Positions 25,331-33,237 of a DNA stretch of 33,237 nucleotides are shown in pieces. This stretch comes from a virus (taxonomy: Duplodnaviria; Heunggongvirae; Uroviricota; Caudoviricetes). A model generated the notes under the pieces. It was not told the origin of the DNA, searched no databases, and was given only the letters and a program-made list of their open reading frames with translations. How positions within the stretch are numbered: position 1 is the stretch's first letter; the number at the start of each line of letters is the position of its first letter. The position numbers and the translations under genes were made by a program. Location of the stretch: IMG/VR virus record IMGVR_UViG_2609459797_000007; one strand, given 5' to 3'.

Positions 25331-28300
25331 CTAATCTTTGTCTCTGAAACTGCTACCAGAGCGGGAACGTTTGTTTAGTTCCGCCCCAACTGCATCAGCC
25401 ACCATCCGTGCAATGTCGCGGGCGTCGTTGCTGAGATTGCCGTGCATATGAATGTGAATATGCATTTCATCAGGCGCGGTGTTTTGCGCCGGTTTGCTGG
25501 CTTGTTTACTGGATTGCCCGCCAATAGCCTGTACTTCAGCCGCCGGTTTAATCGGTGCTGATGCCGCTGCGATAACCGGGCGCGCGCTAAGTTGGGCCAG
25601 GTTAGCGCCTGGGGCGGATTGCGCTTCCTGCCATGCGCCGTGGACGGCTAATGCGCGGGGCAGATTTTTAAACACAATATCGCCGGGGCCGATCCGCTTT
25701 TTGGTTTCATCCAGCATCCCGCCGGTGTTGTCGGCAATTTTCTGTAACCGCCGTTGCGTTCCTGTATCAGCGGCAATTACTGGTGATGGTGGGGTGGAGG
25801 CGGCTGGTTTATCGTCACTTTTTGGTGACCAGTTCCATTCCTTTTTCACCATCTTTTTCTGTTTGTCGTCCCATTCCCACGCTACCGGCTCTTTTGTCAG
25901 TGCCTGAGCTTTTGCGTGTGCCGCGTCGATGCCGTCAGGGATGATGTCCAGCTTTTTCAGTATCCAGATGATCATGTTAGCCAGCCCGGTCAGAGGCAGC
26001 ATTAGTCCCTGAATTGCCAGGCCAAGCACTTTGCCGAACGTCTCCCCAGCGCTTGCGCATTTATCAAGCGTCTCTTTGCTGGTTGTCATTGGTGAAAGCA
26101 GGTTGCTGAACCACTGCCACAACTGAGAAACGGCATTTGAGATCACATCAAAGACGGGGGCCAGTCCGGCGAAGGCATCACGGAACGGCGTAAGCGCCTG
26201 CATTACACCGGCAAAGAAGCCCGCAAAGAAGGCTTTGATCGGCTCCCAGAATCGCCAGATAAGCAACCCTGTGGCAATGAAGGCCGCGCCAATCAGCCCG
26301 ATCGGGCTTAACAGCAATGACAGTGCACCGCCGAGCACTGAGAGGGCCGAGCTAGCGATCCCCATGATTGCAGGTATACCGGTCAGGCGGAGCAGGAGAC
26401 TAGAAAGCCCTTTTACAATTCCTCCCAAGGCGGCACCTGGCGAGATAAACGCGGCGGCAAGCAGCCCGCGCAATGGGGCAAGCGCGCCAGCCAGTTTTCC
26501 GGCGTTGCCGGTCATGCTACTGAAGACAATGCCCCAGCCACGGACGCCGCCAAGCGGCCCGGATATAACGCCAGACAGGCGGCTGAAAAGTGTCACCGCG
26601 CCACCCAGCCCGCTCCCGCTGGTTAGCAGGGCAAAGCCGAGTTGAAGTTTTGCCAGTGGCCCCAGAAGTAAGCCAATAGCCAGGGATGTTGCGCCAATCC
26701 CGGCGGTAAGGGCCAGCGCACTCCCGCCAACAGCCAGAAGGGTTTTTGATAGCTGCGGATTCTTATTTGCCCATTCAGTCATCACGCCGATCGTGCCGGT
26801 CAGTGCCTGGGTGAGTTTCCGAAGTGCGCCGTCCGCCAGTTCTTCAATCTGGATACGGAATGCTTCCCAGGCGCTATCGAGTTCTTTTAGATCTCCGCCC
26901 AGGTTGTCCGCCATTTTTTTTGCGACGGTAGCGGATTCACCGGCAGCGCCCTGAAGTTCTTTTGTGAGCTTTTGTAGCTCTCCCGAACCTGCCGCCTGTA
27001 CCAGTGTCTGAAGGCCCACAAAGGCCTCTTCACCGGCGATGTTTTTGAAGAAAGATACCTGATCAACCTGCCCGTATTTCTTCGTGGCTTTGAAAAGGTC
27101 TAACAGTACCGTTTCCATCGGGCGCATTTTCCCGTTGGCGTCGGCAACCGACACGCCTAGCTCTTTCAGAGCATCAGCTGCGGCTTTTGGTGGTGAAGCA
27201 AGGCGGGATAGGCTGGAACGTAATGCTGTACCCGCGTCACTGCCGCGCAGACCGTTATTGGCAAGCATACCCGCCATCGCTGAGGCCTGTTCAAGGCTAA
27301 TCCCCAGATTAGCCGCCACTGGCCCCGCGTATTTCATTGTGTCGCCCAGGGCGCGCAGGTCGGTATTGGTACGGGTAAAAGCGGCGGTTAACGTATCGCC
27401 AACCCTGTCCATCTGATCTGATGACAGCTTGAATTGGGTCAGGATGTTTGAACCGATATCAGCGGATTCACCCAGATCCATGCCACCGGCTAGCGCCATA
27501 TTCAGAACGCCAGGCAACGCGGCCTGAATTGACTGTGGTGTAAAGCCAGCCATTGCTAAGAAGGCTTGCCCGCTGGCGGCGTCTCGCGTGGTAAATGCGG
27601 TTTCAGCGCCAAGTTTTTTGGCCTGGGCGCGGAGGGCGGCAAATTGTTCATCGCCTTTGTCCAGGCGAGTCAGTGCGCCTACGCGCGACATTTCCTCATC
27701 AAAACCAACAGCAGGGGCCAGGAAGCGCCCGGCGGCGTAACCCGCCCCCGCGCTTGCGCCAACTGCCATTGCGCCGCCGGTGCGTAATTTGCCCGCTGTG
27801 GTGCTCAGTCGGTCGTAACGGGCGCGCGCATTGGTCACGGCGGCAAGTTGTCGCCGTTCTCTCTCAAGCGCCTGGTTGTATTGCTCAGTGCGTCTGATGG
27901 CGCTTTGAATTGTGCGATCACCGCCAGCCAGCGAGACGCCGTGCGCGCGCAGTGCCTGGGACGCTTGCTGGAGTTTTGCGGTTTCCTGTGACCGGCTGGC
28001 ATTCAGGCGATCAAGTTTTGCCGCCAGCGCTGTCATGCGCTCGCGCTGCGCGTCGGTCAGAACGGTGCCGGTCTTCTGGGCTTTATTCAGGCCATCAAAA
28101 GCGCGCTGTGTTGTGGTGAGTTGCTGGGCTGTCTTTTTAACGCGCTCATTCAGGCGGTTGAATGCCTGGGATTGCGTTTCCAGATCCTTGATAGAGGACT
28201 GTGTCTTTTTGAGGGATTCTGATAAGCCGCCCACTGAGTTACGAGCGGCATTTACCGGGCGGGTTAACTTATCAATCGCACTGAAGGCGACACGGATATT

Positions 28301-28348
28301 AAGGTCTTTCATCTTCACTGTTTCCGCTTCGGATAGCCGCCCGTTCAC
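25331..28348 (-). CDS. T: Tail tape measure protein T
   Basis: 1005-aa ORF, Ala/Gly-rich with coiled-coil N-terminus and hydrophobic glycine-rich central segments, located between E/E' and U. Longer than P2 T as I recall it (about 815 aa). Confidence 0.85.
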   Translation of the reverse strand: MNGRLSEAETVKMKDLNIRVAFSAIDKLTRPVNAARNSVGGLSESLKKTQSSIKDLETQSQAFNRLNERVKKTAQQLTTTQRAFDGLNKAQKTGTVLTDAQRERMTALAAKLDRLNASRSQETAKLQQASQALRAHGVSLAGGDRTIQSAIRRTEQYNQALERERRQLAAVTNARARYDRLSTTAGKLRTGGAMAVGASAGAGYAAGRFLAPAVGFDEEMSRVGALTRLDKGDEQFAALRAQAKKLGAETAFTTRDAASGQAFLAMAGFTPQSIQAALPGVLNMALAGGMDLGESADIGSNILTQFKLSSDQMDRVGDTLTAAFTRTNTDLRALGDTMKYAGPVAANLGISLEQASAMAGMLANNGLRGSDAGTALRSSLSRLASPPKAAADALKELGVSVADANGKMRPMETVLLDLFKATKKYGQVDQVSFFKNIAGEEAFVGLQTLVQAAGSGELQKLTKELQGAAGESATVAKKMADNLGGDLKELDSAWEAFRIQIEELADGALRKLTQALTGTIGVMTEWANKNPQLSKTLLAVGGSALALTAGIGATSLAIGLLLGPLAKLQLGFALLTSGSGLGGAVTLFSRLSGVISGPLGGVRGWGIVFSSMTGNAGKLAGALAPLRGLLAAAFISPGAALGGIVKGLSSLLLRLTGIPAIMGIASSALSVLGGALSLLLSPIGLIGAAFIATGLLIWRFWEPIKAFFAGFFAGVMQALTPFRDAFAGLAPVFDVISNAVSQLWQWFSNLLSPMTTSKETLDKCASAGETFGKVLGLAIQGLMLPLTGLANMIIWILKKLDIIPDGIDAAHAKAQALTKEPVAWEWDDKQKKMVKKEWNWSPKSDDKPAASTPPSPVIAADTGTQRRLQKIADNTGGMLDETKKRIGPGDIVFKNLPRALAVHGAWQEAQSAPGANLAQLSARPVIAAASAPIKPAAEVQAIGGQSSKQASKPAQNTAPDEMHIHIHMHGNLSNDARDIARMVADAVGAELNKRSRSGSSFRDKD

Positions 28349-28771
28349 GCCAGGCTATCACCTCACTCAGGGACATAGTGAAAACCTCTGAGGGCGGCCA
28401 GTTGAAAATAACTGCAATGTCAGCAACCAGATCATCGATCAGGTCAAAGTGGGGTGCGATTACTCGCTCTCCGTCTCCGTCTCGCTCTTCGTGCCAGGCT
28501 CCTTCGGTGCCAAAAAAGGCGTTAGCACCTCACAAAGTTCAACAAAGTCAGATGTTTCCATTTCGCTGATTTCTTTGAGCTTCAGGCGTGGGGAGGTGCA
28601 GCGGGTTAACAGGGTGCTGATGCTGTCCACGTCCATATTCATGACGTTCACCAGGCGAAGGCCGCGCAGGGTGCCAGCCTGTTTTACTTCGTCAGTAATC
28701 GTGACGGTTTTGATATCTTCGTCGCCACGGGAAATCCAGCGGGTCAGTGTTACGGTGTTTTCTTTGGTCAT
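28299..28771 (-). CDS. Tail assembly chaperone E+E' (programmed -1 frameshift product)
   Basis: E frame 28771..28460; slippery heptamer T TTT TTG on the minus strand at + coordinates 28517..28511, encoding Phe-Leu. The -1 frame stays open from there to a TAA at 28301..28299, overlapping the T start. Confidence 0.6.
28460..28771 (-). CDS. E: Tail assembly chaperone E
   Basis: 103-aa ORF between FII and T; acidic C-terminus; size and position match P2 gpE. Confidence 0.8.
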   Translation of the reverse strand: MTKENTVTLTRWISRGDEDIKTVTITDEVKQAGTLRGLRLVNVMNMDVDSISTLLTRCTSPRLKLKEISEMETSDFVELCEVLTPFLAPKEPGTKSETETESE

Positions 28772-28825
28772 TGTTTTAATCTCCGAGCGGCATCATCACG
28801 ACGCCGCACCTGTAGTGGTTGTTTG

Positions 28826-29338
28826 TTACCCCATGCCCAGCGCAGACATCACGCGGGAAGGGTAAATATTTTCGCCGTTGCGTTTGTAGACGAAGTTAAG
28901 CAAGTCGATTTCCCATAGGGGTTTATCGTCAATTGACAGCTTGTAGTACGTGTTTTTAATGGCGTAGGTCACGGATGTGTCTTCACCCTGTTTGCTTTCG
29001 CCGCCGTCGATTTCAGTGAACTTGCCGCGCATTTCCACATCAACGATCTGGCTCTCGCCAGACGTGTAATACTCCCCGGTAAAGCGGATTAGCGTACCGT
29101 CCAGATCGCCGCCGTACTCCAGAAGTAGAGCCTGAACCAGACCGCCAACAACCATCGTTGCATCAAGTGCGCCGCTATCCAGTCCGAGATCGACGGCAAC
29201 GGAACCAATCATGCCGCCGCCCTGGTAGTCTTCCGTTTTCCGGGTCAGTTTTGGCAGCGTCACAGATGTCACTTTGCCGATATTGTTTACGCTGTTCACG
29301 AAGCAGGTGAACAGCCGCAATTTTGCTGGAATCGCCAT
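28826..29338 (-). CDS. FII: Tail tube protein FII
   Basis: 170-aa ORF directly downstream of the sheath gene; size and synteny match P2 FII. Confidence 0.85.
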   Translation of the reverse strand: MAIPAKLRLFTCFVNSVNNIGKVTSVTLPKLTRKTEDYQGGGMIGSVAVDLGLDSGALDATMVVGGLVQALLLEYGGDLDGTLIRFTGEYYTSGESQIVDVEMRGKFTEIDGGESKQGEDTSVTYAIKNTYYKLSIDDKPLWEIDLLNFVYKRNGENIYPSRVMSALGMG

Positions 29339-30529
29339 TTAGTTACTCCCCAGAGACGAAAACGCGCCTTCAAAATATTCATCGGTGAACGTCTGGATCA
29401 GCGTTAAATCTTCCATCGGCGGTACTGGCGTATACTTGTAACGGATCGCCACTTTTCCCTGAATCAGGTTTGCGGTCGGGTTGTCCACAATGTCAAACCA
29501 CGCCTCCGCGCCAAGCAGCTTGCCAGCGGTCACAAGTGCGCTGAGTTTCTTGTTAATTGCACTCACCACGTCTTTCACGTTGGTTGGGGTAAGTGGCCCG
29601 TCAACGGTTTCAAACTGTGCCTCTGCGATGGTGTCCGCCAGGATTTGCGCCGTACGGGTGTACACCTCAAAAGTAAATTCATTGGTGTCAGTGGTGCGGT
29701 TGCCCCAGAAGCGGAAGCCGTTACGCTTGATGATGGTGGTGATTTCATCGTTGTTCAGCGTCTGGGCGTCGCTGTCTTCAGCCTGGAGCGCCCAGAAAAC
29801 GTCCTTCGACATGCCAAGCACGTTACTGACGGCGATGTTAGACAGAGAACGATGCCAGCCGTATTGGTTGTCAATAAACGCGCGCAGCCCTACCGCATAG
29901 GCTGGGGCGGGAAACTCTTCATTTGCCCCGGACACCTGGTTATAGGCAATGTAGTTAGGCCAGATCAGCATGAGTTCACGTGATGCGAAGGTTTCACGAT
30001 ATTGCCGGGCCTCTGCCAGTGTGTTGCAGCCGTTACAGCCAGCATAAACAAAGGCGCGAAGCTGTTTGGCGATCACGCAAAGCTGTGATGTTACTTCTTC
30101 GGTATCGTATTCCGGCACCGCCAGGACGCGCGGGCGATATCCCGTTTTTTGTTCGGCGGTCAGTAGCGCATACATGCCGGTGTAGTTACCGTCAGCATCA
30201 GAGCCACCAATAATCAACTGCGACTGTGTTTCCGCCGTTTTCCCTTCCTCCGGCGGTTTAGCCGTGGCAACACGAACAACAATGATTTTCGCGCTTGCCT
30301 GGTCTGAAATAGCTTTCAGTGTTTTGTACAACGTCCCTGTTTTCCCTGCCTTGCCGAGCATCGACTGAGGCCGCGTGATAAGCGTTGGGATGTTAAGTGG
30401 GAAAGCGTCTTCGTCTGCGTCATCAGCGACGACAATCACGCCAATGACGCTGGAGTCAATGTCGTTAATTACCCTCGTGATGTCGGTTTCTTCTTTGGTG
30501 CGAGCACCGTGAAAACGTGTCTCAGACAT
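29339..30529 (-). CDS. FI: Contractile tail sheath protein FI
   Basis: About 396-aa ORF; matches my memory of P2 FI along its length (FPLN.P.LIT, GTLY/GTLA, KLRAF, RELM.IWP, GWH.TLSN, GFRFWGNRT, NYTRTAQ..ADT.AEA, KY.YTPVPP.E.LTL). ATG 30529 preferred over 30541. Confidence 0.9.
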   Translation of the reverse strand: MSETRFHGARTKEETDITRVINDIDSSVIGVIVVADDADEDAFPLNIPTLITRPQSMLGKAGKTGTLYKTLKAISDQASAKIIVVRVATAKPPEEGKTAETQSQLIIGGSDADGNYTGMYALLTAEQKTGYRPRVLAVPEYDTEEVTSQLCVIAKQLRAFVYAGCNGCNTLAEARQYRETFASRELMLIWPNYIAYNQVSGANEEFPAPAYAVGLRAFIDNQYGWHRSLSNIAVSNVLGMSKDVFWALQAEDSDAQTLNNDEITTIIKRNGFRFWGNRTTDTNEFTFEVYTRTAQILADTIAEAQFETVDGPLTPTNVKDVVSAINKKLSALVTAGKLLGAEAWFDIVDNPTANLIQGKVAIRYKYTPVPPMEDLTLIQTFTDEYFEGAFSSLGSN

Positions 30530-30604
30530 GTTTGTCACCATTACGTTTTGTTGAGTTCGCCACCATGATTGCTGATTGATGTAACGGCTTCACGCCTTTC
30601 TGGT

Positions 30605-30631
30605 TGTGCTATCTCTCTGACAACTAAAACG
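30605..30631. promoter_or_regulatory. Late promoter element: TGT-N12-ACA dyad (30605-30622) with the same 18-mer TCTCTGACAACTAAAACG (30614-30631), in the divergent FI/D region
   Basis: Exact 18-bp identity with the P/O promoter element at 12971-12988, including the Ogr-type dyad. Confidence 0.6.
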
Positions 30632-30682
30632 AATTCTCCCACGCGCGCCCGCGTGGAATTATTCAGCAAAACGGGAGGGTAT

Positions 30683-31816
30683 ATGAGTGTTTCAGTGATC
30701 AGCAGTATGATTTCGGGCGCGGCTGGCGGTGTCGATGACATCCTGACGGAGGCGTTAAAAATACCAGCATTCAGCGTCCGGCAAGGCGGGAAGGTGTTAA
30801 CAGAATTATCAGATCGCGTGATATCCATCAGCCTGACGGACAACCGGGGTTTTGACGCCGATCAGCTGACATTAGAGCTGGATGACACTGATGGAAGCGT
30901 TGCTCTTCCGCCGCGTGGCGCTGAGTTGTCTTTCTGGCTGGGGTGGATGGGTGAAGCGCTGGTTTATAAGGGCATCTACACGGTTGATGAAGTGGCGCAC
31001 GACGGGCCGCCCGACCGTATCACCGTGACCGCCAGAAGTGCAGATTTCAGAGAGGAGTTTAACGTAAAGCGTGAAGTCTCCTGGCATGATGTGACTGTGG
31101 AGCGGGTTGTGTCTGCTATCGCAAAACGGTATGACCTGACGCCGCAAATCAGCGATCTGTTGATGGATGTGGAAATTGACCATGCCGATCAGACTCAGGA
31201 AAGCGATATGTCATTTCTGACCAGAATGGCGGAAATGTTAGGGGCCATCGCCACGGTAAAAAATGGAAGTCTGCTGTTTATCGTGCCGGGTGGTGGTTTC
31301 ACTGCATCAGGGAAGGCTATTCCGTCGATTGCCATCACGCGCAGCAGTGGAGACCGGCACCGCTTCCGGGTTGCTGATCGTGACGCTTATACCGGCGTCC
31401 GCGCGTACTGGCTTGATCTGAACTACGGGAAAAAGAAAAAGGTTAGCGTTCATCGCCGTGCCACAACGAAAAAAAAGGATAAGAGCAGCAGCAGGGAAGG
31501 TGACTACATTGAAGGCGCTGAAGGTAACGTTTTTATTATGCGTAAAACCTTCCAGAACGAAGAAGCCGCCAGGCGCGCAGCGGCGGCAAAGTGGCAGCAG
31601 TTACAGCGCGGCGCGGCGGAGTTTTCGATCACCCTGGCGCGCGGGCGTGCGGAGTTGTACCCGGAAATGCATTCGACGGTGACCGGTTTTAAGGCAGATA
31701 TTGACGCCCAGGACTGGATAATCAGCAAGGTACAGCATGACGTTGATAGCAACGGATTTACTACACAGCTTAACTTTGAAGCAAAAATATCTGACTGGAT
31801 CGCAGAAACTGAATAG
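30683..31816 (+). CDS. D: Tail protein D (late gene D)
   Basis: About 377-aa ORF preceding ogr. ATG 30683 with a GGGAGGG RBS. Size and position match P2 D. Confidence 0.8.
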   Translation: MSVSVISSMISGAAGGVDDILTEALKIPAFSVRQGGKVLTELSDRVISISLTDNRGFDADQLTLELDDTDGSVALPPRGAELSFWLGWMGEALVYKGIYTVDEVAHDGPPDRITVTARSADFREEFNVKREVSWHDVTVERVVSAIAKRYDLTPQISDLLMDVEIDHADQTQESDMSFLTRMAEMLGAIATVKNGSLLFIVPGGGFTASGKAIPSIAITRSSGDRHRFRVADRDAYTGVRAYWLDLNYGKKKKVSVHRRATTKKKDKSSSREGDYIEGAEGNVFIMRKTFQNEEAARRAAAAKWQQLQRGAAEFSITLARGRAELYPEMHSTVTGFKADIDAQDWIISKVQHDVDSNGFTTQLNFEAKISDWIAETE

Positions 31817-31854
31817 AATGGCGATGAGTTCAACTCCCCAGGGGAGTCACCATT

Positions 31855-32109
31855 ATGTTCAGATGCCCACATTGCGGCGCTACGGCCCGCACACGTACCA
31901 GTAAGCCACTAAACGAAGAGCAAACCATATACAGGCAGTATCACCAGTGCCAGAACATGGAATGCGGATTGTCATTCACCACGCTTAACAGCGTTGAAAA
32001 GATAGTCACTAAACGTGAGCGCCGCGAAGAGTTATCCCCTGATTTTATCCCTGCCGGTGTTTTTCCTGCCTCGCATTACGGACGCGATCAGCTAAATTTA
32101 GCGATATAA
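31855..32109 (+). CDS. ogr: Late transcription activator Ogr (zinc-finger)
   Basis: 84-aa ORF with CPHCG...CQNMECG (C-x2-C...C-x4-C); MFRCPHCGATARTRTSK is the typical Ogr/delta N-terminus. Last prophage gene before the host junction. Confidence 0.9.
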   Translation: MFRCPHCGATARTRTSKPLNEEQTIYRQYHQCQNMECGLSFTTLNSVEKIVTKRERREELSPDFIPAGVFPASHYGRDQLNLAI

Positions 32110-32113
32110 TGAA

Positions 32114-32139
32114 GGCCCCGCAGACGCGGGGCTTTTTTT
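32114..32139 (+). terminator. Rho-independent terminator after ogr (GCCCCGC-agac-GCGGGGC followed by T7)
   Basis: GC stem and 7-T run read directly, 5 nt after the ogr stop. Confidence 0.8.
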
Positions 32140-32225
32140 CGATGTGGACGATGTGTGGACATCATATGAAATAAATCCTTTTGTTTCATGAAGTTATGGC
32201 GATAAATAAATCACCATCCCTGTCT

Positions 32226-32254
32226 TCCCCCACATGATGTGGGGGGTTTTTTTA
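32226..32254 (+). terminator. Second hairpin plus T-run (CCCCCACAT-g-ATGTGGGGG followed by T7), probably host-side and upstream of the fieF promoter
   Basis: Palindrome and T-run read directly. Lies in the prophage/host junction interval. Confidence 0.55.
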
Positions 32255-32334
32255 TCCTCAATTTGCCTGCTGCTTAATGCATTGCAGATGATTTGCTTCC
32301 ATTATACTAGCGTCAGTTGATAGCGGGAGTATTT

Positions 32335-33237
32335 ATGAATCAATCTTATGGACGGCTGGTCAGTCGGGCGGCGATTGCTGCGACGGCGATGGCTTCGCTG
32401 CTATTGCTGATTAAAATTTTTGCATGGTGGTATACCGGGTCGGTGAGTATTCTCGCCGCGCTGGTGGATTCGCTGGTGGATATCGGCGCGTCGTTGACGA
32501 ATTTATTGGTGGTGCGATATTCCCTGCAACCTGCCGACGATAATCACTCGTTTGGTCACGGTAAAGCTGAGTCCCTCGCGGCGCTGGCGCAAAGTATGTT
32601 TATCTCCGGTTCGGCACTATTCCTGTTTTTGACGGGTATTCAACATCTGATATCTCCAACACCGATGACAGATCCAGGCGTCGGGGTTATCGTGACAATT
32701 GTGGCGCTAATTTGTACGATTATCCTTGTCTCGTTTCAGCGTTGGGTGGTGCGGCGGACGCAAAGCCAGGCGGTGCGGGCTGATATGCTACATTACCAGT
32801 CTGATGTTATGATGAACGGCGCAATTCTGCTGGCGCTGGGGTTGTCCTGGTACGGCTGGCATCGCGCCGATGCTCTGTTTGCATTGGGAATCGGCATCTA
32901 TATTTTATATAGCGCGTTACGCATGGGATATGAGGCGGTACAGTCATTACTGGATCGCGCATTGCCTGATGAGGAACGGCAAGAAATTATTGATATCGTG
33001 ACTTCCTGGCCGGGTGTTAGCGGCGCTCACGATCTTCGCACGCGGCAGTCAGGGCCGACCCGCTTTATTCAGATTCATTTGGAAATGGAAGACTCTCTGC
33101 CTTTGGTTCAGGCACATATGGTGGCGGATCAGGTAGAGCAGGCTATTTTACGGCGTTTTCCGGGATCGGATGTAATTATCCATCAGGACCCCTGTTCCGT
33201 CGTACCCAGGGAGGGTAAACGGTCTATGCTTTCATAA
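32335..33237 (+). CDS. fieF: Cation-efflux pump FieF/YiiP (cation diffusion facilitator family); host chromosomal gene
   Basis: About 300-aa ORF; the translation ([58 protein letters not shown]...) matches enterobacterial FieF as I recall it. Multiple TM helices and a C-terminal cytoplasmic domain. Start taken at ATG 32335. Confidence 0.9.

Noticed and set aside
25479-28865. Plus-strand ORFs antisense to tape measure T and E (for example 25479..25907, 26235..26645, 27912..28391, 28449..28865)
   Set aside because: Ala/Pro/Arg-rich translations characteristic of the reverse strand of a GC-rich gene; they overlap a strongly supported long ORF.
30641-30660. GC hairpin CCACGCG-cgcc-CGCGTGG between the late-promoter dyad and the D start, considered as a terminator
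   Set aside because: No convincing U-tract on either strand, and it lies within a 5' leader. Left as an unassigned structure.

Overview
Almost the whole window is one P2-family temperate myovirus prophage, running from the integrase stop codon at position 1 to the ogr terminator near 32.1 kb, followed by the host cation-efflux gene fieF. All protein identifications are from my reading of the translations against remembered P2 proteins and P2 gene order; no database search was run. Gene order is int-C | cox, small early ORFs, Dam-like methyltransferase, replication protein A | AT-rich accessory island | cos | Q-P | O-N-M-L | X-Y-K-lysB/lysC-R-S-V-W-J-I-H-G | invertible tail-fibre segment and serine invertase | FI-FII-E/E'-T-U on the opposite strand | D-ogr | host fieF. 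The lead candidate for an undescribed system is a compact, AT-rich, three-gene leftward operon (7373..9651) sitting where P2 carries tin/old, a position known to hold variable anti-phage cargo; none of its three proteins resembles anything I recognise, and the last one carries a PD-(D/E)xK-like nuclease motif. A second candidate is a two-gene leftward cassette (tiny acidic peptide plus a 2-TM membrane protein, 1714..2285) inserted between repressor C and cox, which stretches the normally ~100 bp immunity switch to ~1 kb. Other points: a hix/gix-like invertible tail-fibre switch, an inverted FI-U tail block relative to P2, an exact 18-bp late-promoter repeat, and the E/E' frameshift site. attL lies left of the window, so the att core cannot be defined here.
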